Shown here: positions 27,636 to 37,225 of the stretch, in pieces
Layout of the letters: each line of letters begins with the position of its first letter
Position numbering within the stretch: position 1 is the first letter of the stretch
From: a virus
Direction: 5' to 3' (one strand)
Virus record (IMG/VR): IMGVR_UViG_3300028571_002266
Coordinates: 96,001 to 160,000 of that record
DNA length: 64,000 bases
Translations under genes and position numbers: made by a program
Notes under the pieces: model-generated
Told to the model about the DNA's origin: nothing
The model's database searches: none
Seen by the model: the letters and a program-made list of their open reading frames with translations, nothing else

Positions 27636-28643
27636 ATGGAACAAAAGAAGTTAAAATATGTCAAGTTTGATAGTCAAAGGAGATTTGGCGTTGAATTAGA
27701 AGTTGGCAATGAGGTCAAAAAGAAAGCTGTTCAATCTGTTATTTCAACTGTTTCCAAGTACAACGCTTATGTTTCTCGCTATGCTCTTTCCAATAACAAT
27801 TGTTATTGGCACATAAAGGATGATGCCACCTGTGGATTGAAAGGTCGCAATGGTCCTAAGGGTGTTGAGATTGCTTCTTTTATAGGAAAAGGAATAGATG
27901 ATATTGATCATGTATCGTTTGTAAGCTCGAAATTAAACGATATTGGCTGTAAAGCAAATCATAATTGCGGCTTACATGTTCATGCAGAGGTTTCTGATCT
28001 TACCATGGATCAGGTTGCAGTTATTGTTGCTTGTTGGATCAAGATTGAACGATTAATGAGCATGATTTTACCAATAAGGCGCTATCAAAGTGAACACTGC
28101 AAGTTCATGTTTGCGCCATCTTGTAATGATAATGTTTTTGGTTTATGTCGGGAAAAATCATATACTTGTCATGATTTCTTGGAAGCTGTTTCTCCAAAGA
28201 ATTTAAGTTATTTCGACAATGATGATAGAAGGTTTAATCTTAATTTGGTTAATTTGGTTCGTGCTGTAAATGACAACAGTCCAAATCGTCGCACTATTGA
28301 ATTAAGGTGGCCAGAAGGCACTCTTGAGCCTCGTGACATTCGATGTTGGGTTAAGCTTTTTCTTTTGTTTATTGACAGTTGCAAAGACAGAAAGATGCCT
28401 AAAAATTTGCATCATTGTGGACTTGAAGAGGGATTGCAAATGTTTGGTCTGAGCCATTCAAAAAATATTTTTATTATCATGAGCGAATCGATACATGAAA
28501 CAAAAACATGGTTTTTGGAAAGAATTTTGAATCACAATGGTGACGCTGTTGAATTTTATAAATCTAAAGATGTTTTGAAGATTGCTAATGAGGCGAAGTT
28601 TATTTTGAATCAAATGTGGTCGCCAATTCGCATTTATGAATGA
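27636..28643 (+). CDS. Putative amidoligase (COOH-NH2 ligase)
   Basis: FGVELEV, W.IKDD, VEIAS, CGLHVH, TIELRWPEGT. Confidence 0.8.
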   Translation: MEQKKLKYVKFDSQRRFGVELEVGNEVKKKAVQSVISTVSKYNAYVSRYALSNNNCYWHIKDDATCGLKGRNGPKGVEIASFIGKGIDDIDHVSFVSSKLNDIGCKANHNCGLHVHAEVSDLTMDQVAVIVACWIKIERLMSMILPIRRYQSEHCKFMFAPSCNDNVFGLCREKSYTCHDFLEAVSPKNLSYFDNDDRRFNLNLVNLVRAVNDNSPNRRTIELRWPEGTLEPRDIRCWVKLFLLFIDSCKDRKMPKNLHHCGLEEGLQMFGLSHSKNIFIIMSESIHETKTWFLERILNHNGDAVEFYKSKDVLKIANEAKFILNQMWSPIRIYE

Positions 28644-28660
28644 TTTTTTCAAAAAAACGG

Positions 28661-28689
28661 TTGAATGATTTTGATTTTTACTATATAAT
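28661..28689 (+). promoter_or_regulatory. sigma70-type promoter
   Basis: TTGAAT, 17 bp, TATAAT. Confidence 0.65.
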
Positions 28690-28727
28690 TTAACTGCTTA
28701 ACTTTCAAAAACTTTCGAGGTACTACA

Positions 28728-29270
28728 ATGGCACGAAAAAAACTGATAAAAACAAAAGAAGAAATTGAAATTCTTACGCTTTCTCATATTGATTTGGCTG
28801 ATAAAATAGCAAGGATGAATCAAAGCAAATATCCTTATTTTAGTTATGACGAGTTGCAATCAGCTGCATATATGGGTCTAGTTAAAGCTGCTAATGAATA
28901 TAATAAAAATAAAAATACTAAATTTTCTACTTTTGCGTTTTCTAAAATTAATTGGTCTATAGTGCAATATGCAATGTTAGAATCAAAGCGTCTTCCCACA
29001 GTTCAGATTGATCCAGATTCGGAAGAACTTTCAATATATTCTTGTGATTATGATGAAAAAGAATTTTATGATGTTCTGTTAAAGTTTATGGACAAGAGAG
29101 AGAAAGAGATTTTTCTGGATTACTATGTTAATGGCAAGAGAATGCACCAAATCGCTGATGAATTGCAATTGGATGAATCTAGAATCAGCCAGATAATTAA
29201 AAAAATAATTGAAAAAATTCGTATGACATGGAAATATTATGAATTTGAATTATACGAAAGAGCGGCTTAA
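28728..29270 (+). CDS. RNA polymerase sigma factor (regions 2 and 4, FliA/SigB-like)
   Basis: DELQSAAYMGLVKAA..Y....KFSTFA..KI; REKEIF..YY..G..M.QIA.EL.L.ESRISQI. Confidence 0.88.
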   Translation: MARKKLIKTKEEIEILTLSHIDLADKIARMNQSKYPYFSYDELQSAAYMGLVKAANEYNKNKNTKFSTFAFSKINWSIVQYAMLESKRLPTVQIDPDSEELSIYSCDYDEKEFYDVLLKFMDKREKEIFLDYYVNGKRMHQIADELQLDESRISQIIKKIIEKIRMTWKYYEFELYERAA

Positions 29271-29299
29271 ATAATTTAATCTATGAGTTGGTGAAAATT

Positions 29300-30163
29300 A
29301 TGCTTAAAAATTTGTTCTTTATCTTTTTTTCTTTGCAAAATTTGATGGCGCAAGATCAAGCTACTCCTGTCCAAGTGGAAGCTATTGATCCTCAGATTAA
29401 AAATTTGGAATGGAACAGATATACGTCAAAGAATTTCACTGTTTTAAGCATTGACAATCAAAAGGGTAAGGATCTTTCGGAAACAATTGATTCTTTGAAG
29501 TCATCGGTTTTGACTCGATGGGGTTTTCCAGATGTAAAGTTCACGAAGGAGTGCCGTGTTTTTGTTGTACCAGATTATGATCTTCTTAAGAATCTTTTTA
29601 ATCTAAATGCTGGGAAGGTTCAACTCAGAAAAGAACTTAATGTCATTTGGTGTGTTGGCGATGATAAGCCTAATAAATCATTATTGCCTTATTTGACACA
29701 AGTTTGTTTATATGAATATGAGGTTGCTGAATCAACAACTTTGCCTGTTTGGTTCAAGAGAGGTTGTATTCTTTTGAATGGTTCTGTTACTGATGTTCGT
29801 CAGGTTCTAAAATCATTCAATGATATTGCAAGAAAAGAACAGTTTACTAATTCTGCTGATCAAATATTCACAACTTCAGAAGATGATTATAACAAGCAGA
29901 CAAATGAAAACAAAAAAATATTTGATCAACAGGCTGCTTGTCTTTGTTTGATGTTGAGAAAAGAGTTTGGCGAAGTAAAGCTTCAAGGTTTTCTTAGATT
30001 ACAGTCAAAGAATAAGCCTGAAACTGTTTTGGGAATGATTTATGGGTTTAAGAGCTATTCTCAGTTTGATCGACAGTATGTTAGATACATGAAAGATCTT
30101 TGTGCTGATCTTGCTGACGATCATACTCCTGATTCTTATTTGGAAATCAAATCGGTGAGGTGA
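29300..30163 (+). CDS. Secreted protein resembling peptidase-MA-like domains, without HExxH
   Basis: Signal peptide; YTSKNFTV, LLPYLTQ..., LPVWFKRG, FDQQA..L...L, YGF. Confidence 0.5.
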   Translation: MLKNLFFIFFSLQNLMAQDQATPVQVEAIDPQIKNLEWNRYTSKNFTVLSIDNQKGKDLSETIDSLKSSVLTRWGFPDVKFTKECRVFVVPDYDLLKNLFNLNAGKVQLRKELNVIWCVGDDKPNKSLLPYLTQVCLYEYEVAESTTLPVWFKRGCILLNGSVTDVRQVLKSFNDIARKEQFTNSADQIFTTSEDDYNKQTNENKKIFDQQAACLCLMLRKEFGEVKLQGFLRLQSKNKPETVLGMIYGFKSYSQFDRQYVRYMKDLCADLADDHTPDSYLEIKSVR

Positions 30164-30167
30164 TGTC

Positions 30168-30470
30168 ATGTTTTTTATAATTTCTTGGATTCTGTTCGGT
30201 CTTATTGTTGGTTATATTGCTAAGTCTTTGCACCCCGGAGACGAGCCTATTGGTTATCTTCCAACATTGGGAATTGGAGTGGCTGGTTCATTTGTTGGTG
30301 GTACAATTAATTTCTTGTTAGGAATGGGTCATCAGTCATTCCAGACTTCTGGTTTGATAATGTCGGTTTTGGGCGGTGTTGTGTGTTGTGCAGCTTGGAG
30401 ATATTACAAACTTAAAACTTCTTTGTCTGGTCCAAAGAGTTTTATAAGTGGTCGTTCAAAAAACGATTAA
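30168..30470 (+). CDS. GlsB/YeaQ/YmgE (transglycosylase-associated) membrane protein
   Basis: WILFGLIVGYIAK.L.PG...T..IGVAGSFVGG...GLIMSVLG. Confidence 0.88.
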   Translation: MFFIISWILFGLIVGYIAKSLHPGDEPIGYLPTLGIGVAGSFVGGTINFLLGMGHQSFQTSGLIMSVLGGVVCCAAWRYYKLKTSLSGPKSFISGRSKND

Positions 30471-30481
30471 GTTTAAGAGAT

Positions 30482-30510
30482 TTGATTAATGAAAAGCTGA
30501 TGGATACAAT
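30482..30510 (+). promoter_or_regulatory. sigma70-type promoter 5 nt before ATG 30516
   Basis: TTGATT, 17 bp, TACAAT. Confidence 0.6.
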
Positions 30511-30515
30511 TTATT

Positions 30516-30740
30516 ATGCTTGATGAAAAAATTGTAGATAAGCTTAGAAAAAAATATTCAGATTTGCATCCGCTCCTGTTTCAGCGTTCAGTTGAGCGTG
30601 CAAAGAGTAATGGTGATCTTTTTGACATCGTTGATACGGTGCCTGACAAATATCCTTTGTCATGGGACGAAAAGGAAAATAGGTGGTCTTTATTGGTTGA
30701 CCCCTATATTGTGCAACAATTTCTCAATGACTTTAATTAG
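30516..30740 (+). CDS. hypothetical protein
   Basis: 74-aa ORF. Confidence 0.7.
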   Translation: MLDEKIVDKLRKKYSDLHPLLFQRSVERAKSNGDLFDIVDTVPDKYPLSWDEKENRWSLLVDPYIVQQFLNDFN

Positions 30741-30748
30741 TAAAAAAT

Positions 30749-31411
30749 ATGCGTTTATATGAAGAATATTTCAAAAGGCATCAAATAAGAGATGTGCCGT
30801 TGGTACATCATAATGCAAATTCTTGTGTTTTTTTCAAATGTAGAGATAATCATATTTGGTCAGATATTCTTGGCCAACCTTCATTTTATACTGCAAGTAA
30901 CGCAACTCCATCTTTTGGCATATTTGAAGTAAAATGGGTTTATAGTGATCATCATCCGGGTCATTATGAGGCTGCAATACATTATCAAATTCCTGATGGT
31001 CATGTAAAAGATCAGGTTTTTGGAATTCATCATATCACAACAATAAGATGGAGCGAATACGAAAGTTTCGTTTATCATTTTTGTAAAAAATTAACTTCAG
31101 TCAATCTTATTCGTGATAAAGATTTAGCTTTTATCACAGGATGGGAAATGTTTGTAAGTTCATATGATAGTTTTTTACAAAAACAAAGTGGAGATATAAA
31201 ATATCTTTTATTTCAAACACTCGATGATGAAAATTCAAATGAAACAAGAATTGCATATATTTCTGAAATATTAAGGAAATTTTCTTGTTTTAGCCCTATG
31301 GTCTTACGGAACTGGAAGAATGAAGTGTTAAATAAGGTGCAGAATCATTCAAATTGGCTTGTGAATATAATTGATAAACATGCAAAAGAACTATTGCCCA
31401 ATAAGGATTAA
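30749..31411 (+). CDS. hypothetical protein
   Basis: 220-aa ORF. Confidence 0.75.
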   Translation: MRLYEEYFKRHQIRDVPLVHHNANSCVFFKCRDNHIWSDILGQPSFYTASNATPSFGIFEVKWVYSDHHPGHYEAAIHYQIPDGHVKDQVFGIHHITTIRWSEYESFVYHFCKKLTSVNLIRDKDLAFITGWEMFVSSYDSFLQKQSGDIKYLLFQTLDDENSNETRIAYISEILRKFSCFSPMVLRNWKNEVLNKVQNHSNWLVNIIDKHAKELLPNKD

Positions 31412-32225
31412 AAATCCTAATTCAAAAAATTCTTTGGTTCGCCTTCTTGCGGGTCAAAAAATGCACGTCATATTTAATGATAAATCTTTTCAAGATTACA
31501 AACTTGATCTGAGTGGTTCATTCTTGTCAGTCGAAGAAGTAACAGAGGTTCCTGATGGATGGATGGTTTCCGTAGCCCAAAAAACAGAGATTATCAAGTA
31601 TTTTGAAAGCACTCTTTACCTTGGAGGAGTGAATTTATTTGATGGTAAAAATCAACACAAAGCTTCTCTTTGTGTTGTCAGCAATAATGAAAATAATGAT
31701 TATCTTAGAGTCATCAATCCTCGTAACATTACATGCAACATTACACCCGATCAGGTTCTTGATGTAGTCTTTTATGGCAGCATGAATGAAAGATGGAACG
31801 CTTATCCATCAGGAAAAGATATTTGCGTTGAAATGCTTCAACATTACACTAGAGGCAGTAAGAACATTTGTTCTGAAGGATGTGGTGAAAAGCCATCAAT
31901 AGAACATTTTTTTCGTTTTAGATTTGATCGCAAAAGCATTAATTATCTTTCTGATTTACCTTATGCAAAACATGATGGTGGTCATATACTTTTTGTTAAT
32001 TCAAATAATGAAAGATCAATCCTAAAAATTACATGTAGTTGGCGTGGTAAAAGTTCAATTTATAAAGCTTTGCTTTTGCCAAGAATACCATTTGCGAATA
32101 ATAATACAATTGGTAGAAAACAAGCAAAACAATGCCTTCGTTCTTCTGTTGTGATTGAGAAGATAGAATCGAATGTTTTAGAATCAGGATGCAATGTCTT
32201 ATTGTCAAAGGTGTCAGAAAAATGA
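31380..32225 (+). CDS. hypothetical protein
   Basis: ~280-aa ORF with a weak internal duplication (RI.NP / RVINP). Confidence 0.75.
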   Translation: MQKNYCPIRIKNPNSKNSLVRLLAGQKMHVIFNDKSFQDYKLDLSGSFLSVEEVTEVPDGWMVSVAQKTEIIKYFESTLYLGGVNLFDGKNQHKASLCVVSNNENNDYLRVINPRNITCNITPDQVLDVVFYGSMNERWNAYPSGKDICVEMLQHYTRGSKNICSEGCGEKPSIEHFFRFRFDRKSINYLSDLPYAKHDGGHILFVNSNNERSILKITCSWRGKSSIYKALLLPRIPFANNNTIGRKQAKQCLRSSVVIEKIESNVLESGCNVLLSKVSEK

Positions 32226-32893
32226 AGAAACAAGACAAAGATATATTCTTGCCTACTAAAGATATAACTTTGATTTATTGCAGCCCTCCTGTTGGAAGCT
32301 TTGCTGTTGAAAAAGAAAAGAATAAATTGACACAATGGGATCATTGTCGTGAACAGTTTGCCACAAAATTTGATGATAAAATAGTTGGTTTTTATTTTTC
32401 ACACAAGGCCGAAAAAGCAGAAGATGTTGTTGCATTTGTTCATAAGTTTGAAAACATTGTTCAAAAAAGCAAGACTTGTCCAAACCTGAAATTCTCTGAT
32501 TTTGGCTTGACATCTGTTCCCCATATTTTATACATTGAACCATCAAATTTTTGGAAAGATTGTTTTTTCAAAAGATCATTGTTTACTTTGGTATTGCGCT
32601 GTGGACAAAACTATTCAATCAAAGATGATAATTTCGATGATGCTCTTTTTGGATATCAACATAAAGAATCAAATTTAATGATAGAGACAAAACCTGCTGT
32701 CATGAGGTTTATGTTCGGTTTCACAAAATACACAGGTATAAGTCCAGTTATTGGACAAGCAAATATAATGAAACATGGATGGAAAGAAGAATTTCATAAG
32801 CTCGATGAAGCAGAAATAAAAAACAGACTTGTATTGCCTGATGGAGTCAAGAAATCTTCTAACATAGTCGGATCTGAATCTATTTGGAATTAG
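32222..32893 (+). CDS. hypothetical protein, paralogue of 4280..4834
   Basis: Shares the motifs listed for 4280..4834. Confidence 0.8.
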   Translation: MKKQDKDIFLPTKDITLIYCSPPVGSFAVEKEKNKLTQWDHCREQFATKFDDKIVGFYFSHKAEKAEDVVAFVHKFENIVQKSKTCPNLKFSDFGLTSVPHILYIEPSNFWKDCFFKRSLFTLVLRCGQNYSIKDDNFDDALFGYQHKESNLMIETKPAVMRFMFGFTKYTGISPVIGQANIMKHGWKEEFHKLDEAEIKNRLVLPDGVKKSSNIVGSESIWN

Positions 32894-32906
32894 AGGCAAT
32901 CAAAAA

Positions 32907-33677
32907 ATGTGGCACTTTATTGCAGATCCCCATTTTGGTCATTCCAACATAATTAAGTATTGCAAAAGACCATTCCTTTCAGAAGAAGAAATGAATGTTT
33001 GCGAAATGATTAATCATGGAACTATACCTCATACAGATTTCAAGGTAAGTAAGTCATCTGTTGATCTTATGGACGCAACCATAATTCACAACATCAATGC
33101 TGTTGTCGAAAAAAATGATAATCTTGTCATCCTTGGTGACTTCACATGTAATTCTGACAAGAAAGAAATTAAGGATTATCGTGAAAGAATTAAATGTAAG
33201 AATGTTTATTTGATTCTTGGCAATCACGATGAAAGAAAAGAATGTTCTGATTTTTTTACTGCCTGTTACGAAAATTATCTTTTCAATATCAATGGACAAA
33301 ATATTTTTACAAGTCATTATCCGGCAAGATCATGGAATAAGGCTAATCGTGGATCATGGATGCTTTACGGTCATGTTCATAATGGTTTTTACAACGAAGA
33401 TCATGGAATGCTTTCAAGATATGATGAAAAAGTTTATACAGAAGGATTTTCCTCAGTATTGAAAAGATATGGAATCAAAAATCAAAAAATTGTTGAGGAT
33501 TTGCTTGCAGTCTCATCTTCGACAAAAGGCATAGATCTGACTCTTGATGTTGGAGTCGATCATATTCGTAAGAATGTTCCTTTTGGAACACCATGGAACA
33601 TGAATGACATCAGAAAATATATGCAAGACAAATTGACATCTTGGTCTGCAAGAAAAGCAATGTATAAGATGCTATAA
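32907..33677 (+). CDS. Calcineurin-like metallophosphoesterase
   Basis: ADPHFGH, LGDF, GNHD, HYP, GHVH, DVGVD. Confidence 0.9.
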   Translation: MWHFIADPHFGHSNIIKYCKRPFLSEEEMNVCEMINHGTIPHTDFKVSKSSVDLMDATIIHNINAVVEKNDNLVILGDFTCNSDKKEIKDYRERIKCKNVYLILGNHDERKECSDFFTACYENYLFNINGQNIFTSHYPARSWNKANRGSWMLYGHVHNGFYNEDHGMLSRYDEKVYTEGFSSVLKRYGIKNQKIVEDLLAVSSSTKGIDLTLDVGVDHIRKNVPFGTPWNMNDIRKYMQDKLTSWSARKAMYKML

Positions 33678-33797
33678 AAATATAATTTGTTTGGACTTTA
33701 CATTCACATTTTTTCCATGTAGGATTCTGAGCGTGCTTCAAAAGCACAGGGTTGTTGCGATCCTGATACTCGCAACTTTCTGGTAAGGAAATGCCAC

Positions 33798-34145
33798 ATG
33801 TCTAGGAACTTGATTGTTTTGGTTCTTGTCTTGGTTGTTGGTTCAAGTGTTGAAGCTGGACCTTTCGGCGTTTTTAGCCGTAAAACAAATAGTCGTCCAG
33901 CCACAACAACCAATCGTCCTATTGTCAATGCATTTTTGGGAAGCGCACAGGGAGTCGCCAACCATATGGCCTCAATAGGAAGAATAGGGCATTTTGGCGG
34001 AAACAGCGGCAAAGAAGGAGTAGGCATGGCTTCTAGTCCTCAAGCTGCTATTCGCAACTGCTGCTATTACGGCCAGTACCCAGTTCGTGATCATGGTGTC
34101 GCACAAGGATCTAATGGCATGTGGTATGCTTGCTGCCGCTATTGA
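33798..34145 (+). CDS. Small secreted CAP/SCP-like protein
   Basis: Signal peptide; A.HMA....GH.GG...EGVG......A..NCCYYG...GVA.G..G.WYAC.RY. Confidence 0.65.
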   Translation: MSRNLIVLVLVLVVGSSVEAGPFGVFSRKTNSRPATTTNRPIVNAFLGSAQGVANHMASIGRIGHFGGNSGKEGVGMASSPQAAIRNCCYYGQYPVRDHGVAQGSNGMWYACCRY

Positions 34146-34168
34146 TCTATATCAATAATAATTAATTT

Positions 34169-34203
34169 GAAACCGGAACAGTAATTGTTCCGGTTTCTTT
34201 TTT
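34169..34203 (+). terminator. Intrinsic terminator
   Basis: GAAACCGGAACA-GTAAT-TGTTCCGGTTTC followed by T6. Confidence 0.85.
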
Positions 34204-34241
34204 CTCCCACTATATTATCATGTTGGTCAAAGGGAGAAAAA

Positions 34242-35051
34242 ATGGAACCTAGATTTTTTGTTAATCAGAGAGTTGTATTTCAAAACCAGAATGCTGTTAT
34301 TCTATCTCACATTGCAAATTCTGATGGTACAAATAAATATTACTGTCAAGTTGGAGAAGCTGAACTCACAATGTGGATTCTTGAAAAGGACTTGAGCGAG
34401 GGAATTCCGAAAGGATCGCCACCTCTCAACTTCAACAGGAGAACACCTCATTTAATTATTGTCGATGATTTTTATAAAAATCCTGATGAAATTCGTGCTT
34501 TTGCTATGGAACAAGATTTTGTTGCTGATAATAGATTTTATAAGGGCAAGAGAACTAAAGAAAGATTCCTTTGGCCTTTCGTTAAAGAAGAATTTGAGCG
34601 TGTTTTAGGAAGACCAATTGTCGATTGGCTCAATCAGCCTGCCAATGGTTGCTTCCAAATAACAGGCTATAATGATCCACTTGTCTATCACAGCGATGCT
34701 CAAAGCTATGCAGCAGCAATTTACTTGACTCCATTTGCGCCACCATCTGCTGGCACAAGCTTCTGGAGAGACAATAAATATCATTCTCGTCGCCCAACAA
34801 ATCATCCTTTGGAATTTGATAGATTCCAAAACGATGAACAACGCAGAGCGGCTAATGAAGAAATTTATAATGACTACAACATCCTACATCCAGATAACTG
34901 GGAATTAGTTGATAAGGTTGGAGCCATTTATAACAGATTGGCAATTTGGGACGCAAAGATGATTCACTCAGCAAGTACCTATGAAGGACTTCAAAGTGAT
35001 GTTGTTGACAAAGCAAGAATGGTTCAACTTTTCTTCTTTACTGTTAAGTAA
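34242..35051 (+). CDS. 2OG-Fe(II) oxygenase-like (DUF6445-type) protein
   Basis: IIVDDFY.NPD.IR.FA, G.RT, H.D, IYLTP, GTSF, YNRL, HS, R.VQLFF. Confidence 0.75.
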   Translation: MEPRFFVNQRVVFQNQNAVILSHIANSDGTNKYYCQVGEAELTMWILEKDLSEGIPKGSPPLNFNRRTPHLIIVDDFYKNPDEIRAFAMEQDFVADNRFYKGKRTKERFLWPFVKEEFERVLGRPIVDWLNQPANGCFQITGYNDPLVYHSDAQSYAAAIYLTPFAPPSAGTSFWRDNKYHSRRPTNHPLEFDRFQNDEQRRAANEEIYNDYNILHPDNWELVDKVGAIYNRLAIWDAKMIHSASTYEGLQSDVVDKARMVQLFFFTVK

Positions 35052-35075
35052 AGCTTTTGGTAATATTTTTATATT

Positions 35076-35109
35076 AAAATATCTCTCTTTGCGGAGAGAT
35101 ATTTTTTTT
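35076..35109 (+). terminator. Intrinsic terminator
   Basis: AAAATATCTCTC-TTTGCG-GAGAGATATTTT followed by a T run. Confidence 0.75.
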
Positions 35110-35152
35110 ATCATATATAATATAAGATAAAATTTTCCGTAGAGGAGTTTTC

Positions 35153-35866
35153 GTGGAAAATAAAGAAGAAGTCATTGCACAAGTTGAACTAATTCATTCT
35201 GACACATTAGCAGATCAGAGCATTGGAGACACGCCAATTAAATGGGATAGTTGCATGGGCGATCCCACAGCAGTTGTAAATGCCGAATTTGATGGCGATA
35301 ATTTTACTGCATATTATGATTCCATAAATAATGGTGTTTATTTAACAGAAGCCACGGCTGATACAAAAGGCTCCCTTTATTGGGATAAAGATTTTGATTA
35401 TACCAAAAACATTTATATTTCTGGTACATTTCTTGCTGGAGGAGAAGGATCAGTAGAGACTGATGGAGACGGAATAACTGTTTTTTTTGGTGTAGATGAT
35501 AGTCTAACAGTTTCAAGTGATGCAACAAATGGAATAGCTGTATTTTTTGATGAATTTAATGACGATGTTGTTAAAGTATACAAAAATGGAGTCTTGATTG
35601 ACACAACATTTTACACAAATTTGACGTTAGATGATCTTCAGTGGAGAAAATTTGAAATTATTTATGAATATGTAAGTGATTCAAGCGCCTTTGTTCAAGT
35701 CCAAATAGATAATGTATATGTTTGTCGTGTTGATGTTGGGTCTTGGGTAGGTGACGCAGGAACATATGTCGGCGCAAGCGGTTGGTGTGGTACAGCAGAT
35801 AATGAACACCTATGCAAATCATTTGATGTGAAAAGCGCAACTCCTTGGCTAAAACTAAATAGATAA
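35153..35866 (+). CDS. L-type lectin/ConA-like domain protein (paralogue 1)
   Basis: V.LTE....KGSLYW, GDGITVFF, GIAVFFDEF, YVG.SG..G...NEH; very acidic. Confidence 0.7.
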   Translation: MENKEEVIAQVELIHSDTLADQSIGDTPIKWDSCMGDPTAVVNAEFDGDNFTAYYDSINNGVYLTEATADTKGSLYWDKDFDYTKNIYISGTFLAGGEGSVETDGDGITVFFGVDDSLTVSSDATNGIAVFFDEFNDDVVKVYKNGVLIDTTFYTNLTLDDLQWRKFEIIYEYVSDSSAFVQVQIDNVYVCRVDVGSWVGDAGTYVGASGWCGTADNEHLCKSFDVKSATPWLKLNR

Positions 35867-35885
35867 TTCGATAAAGGAATAAATT

Positions 35886-37217
35886 ATGGAAAATAATCAA
35901 GAAGTCACTGCTCAAGGCGGCAGAATTGGTCATCGCAGTGGAAAAAGCAATCGTGATCCGCTTCTTTCTGTCAATATTGGAGCACCAAAAATATTTTGGA
36001 ATGCTTGCCAAGGCGCTCCTTCGGATGCATTCTCTCAAGGAGATGCATCATACGATGATCATAATACAGGTTTAATTCTTACTCCTAATAGTGCCGACCA
36101 ATCTGGTACGGTTTACTGGAATAGACCATATGATCTGACAAAAGATGTTTATATTAAAGGAACATTTCTAGCTGGACTTGGAACTGGTGGCAATAATTGT
36201 GGAATTTATTTCTGCGGCGTTTATGTTTATTTTAATGACACAGATAATTCCATATATGTAGAAACAAGTGAATTTACTAGCGAGGGTTATGTTTCTGGTG
36301 ATATTCTTGGCGATGCCACTTGGCGTACTTTTGAAGTTATTTATGAATACAAGACAAGCGATGTGAGATATGTAACAGTTTTAATGAACGGAAAACATAT
36401 TTGCAGAGTAGATATTGGTGGCGGATATATCACTGATGCTAATATTGGAGTATTTGCCAACACAGCAGTTTTAACCAATATTCATTATTGCAAGTCTTTT
36501 GAAGTAAGAAGCGCAATTCCTTGGCTGACAATAAATGTACCAAAAATTCTAAAGAAAAGAGATGGAATTTACATACTCATCAATGACACTTATGTTGACT
36601 ATGTTGCTGATCCTATGGGCGGTAATGCTTATGAAGCCAATAATATTATGGCATACTTGGATGCTAACACCATCGCTTATGAAACATTTTCAGATATATC
36701 AGAATCTGGATGGAATAGTGTGGTTTATGAAATCAGTTATGGCTATGTTGTTATTCCCGAAATTGAAAAGGCTGACATTTTGCCAGACATGAGTGCAGGC
36801 GCTAAAAGTGCAGTAAATAATTTTGTTTCTAATGGCGGCAGACTGTTAATGTTTGCCCCTGACAATGGAGATGTGATTCCTTTCTTGAACGATATATTTA
36901 GCTTTAGTATCATCAGTGGTGGAGAGGGTGGCGTTAGTGAGCCAATAAGTCTCACAGTCGCTGGTTCTGCTCTTTTCCCAAGTGAAAGCCCTACTATTCC
37001 AAATTCAAATAATACTAGTTATTTGGAAACCTCTACTTTGCCAGCAGAGTCTGTGACAATTTACGAAGGAAGTGGTGCGAATGAATCTGTAGTGACAATG
37101 ATTCCATATGGTTCTGGAAAAATATATGTCCTTGGTTGGGATTGGTATGATGCTTCTCCGCTAGGTGGCGAAGATGGTGGTTGGCTAAGTTTGCTTGAGT
37201 CTATTTTGCAATCTTGA
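35886..37217 (+). CDS. L-type lectin-like domain (paralogue 2) fused to a class I GATase/ThuA-like domain
   Basis: LILTPN...QSGTVYW ... H.CKSF.V.SA.PWL; second domain FVSNGGRLL...YGSGKIYVLGWDW. Confidence 0.65.
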   Translation: MENNQEVTAQGGRIGHRSGKSNRDPLLSVNIGAPKIFWNACQGAPSDAFSQGDASYDDHNTGLILTPNSADQSGTVYWNRPYDLTKDVYIKGTFLAGLGTGGNNCGIYFCGVYVYFNDTDNSIYVETSEFTSEGYVSGDILGDATWRTFEVIYEYKTSDVRYVTVLMNGKHICRVDIGGGYITDANIGVFANTAVLTNIHYCKSFEVRSAIPWLTINVPKILKKRDGIYILINDTYVDYVADPMGGNAYEANNIMAYLDANTIAYETFSDISESGWNSVVYEISYGYVVIPEIEKADILPDMSAGAKSAVNNFVSNGGRLLMFAPDNGDVIPFLNDIFSFSIISGGEGGVSEPISLTVAGSALFPSESPTIPNSNNTSYLETSTLPAESVTIYEGSGANESVVTMIPYGSGKIYVLGWDWYDASPLGGEDGGWLSLLESILQS

Positions 37218-37225
37218 GGAGTGAA

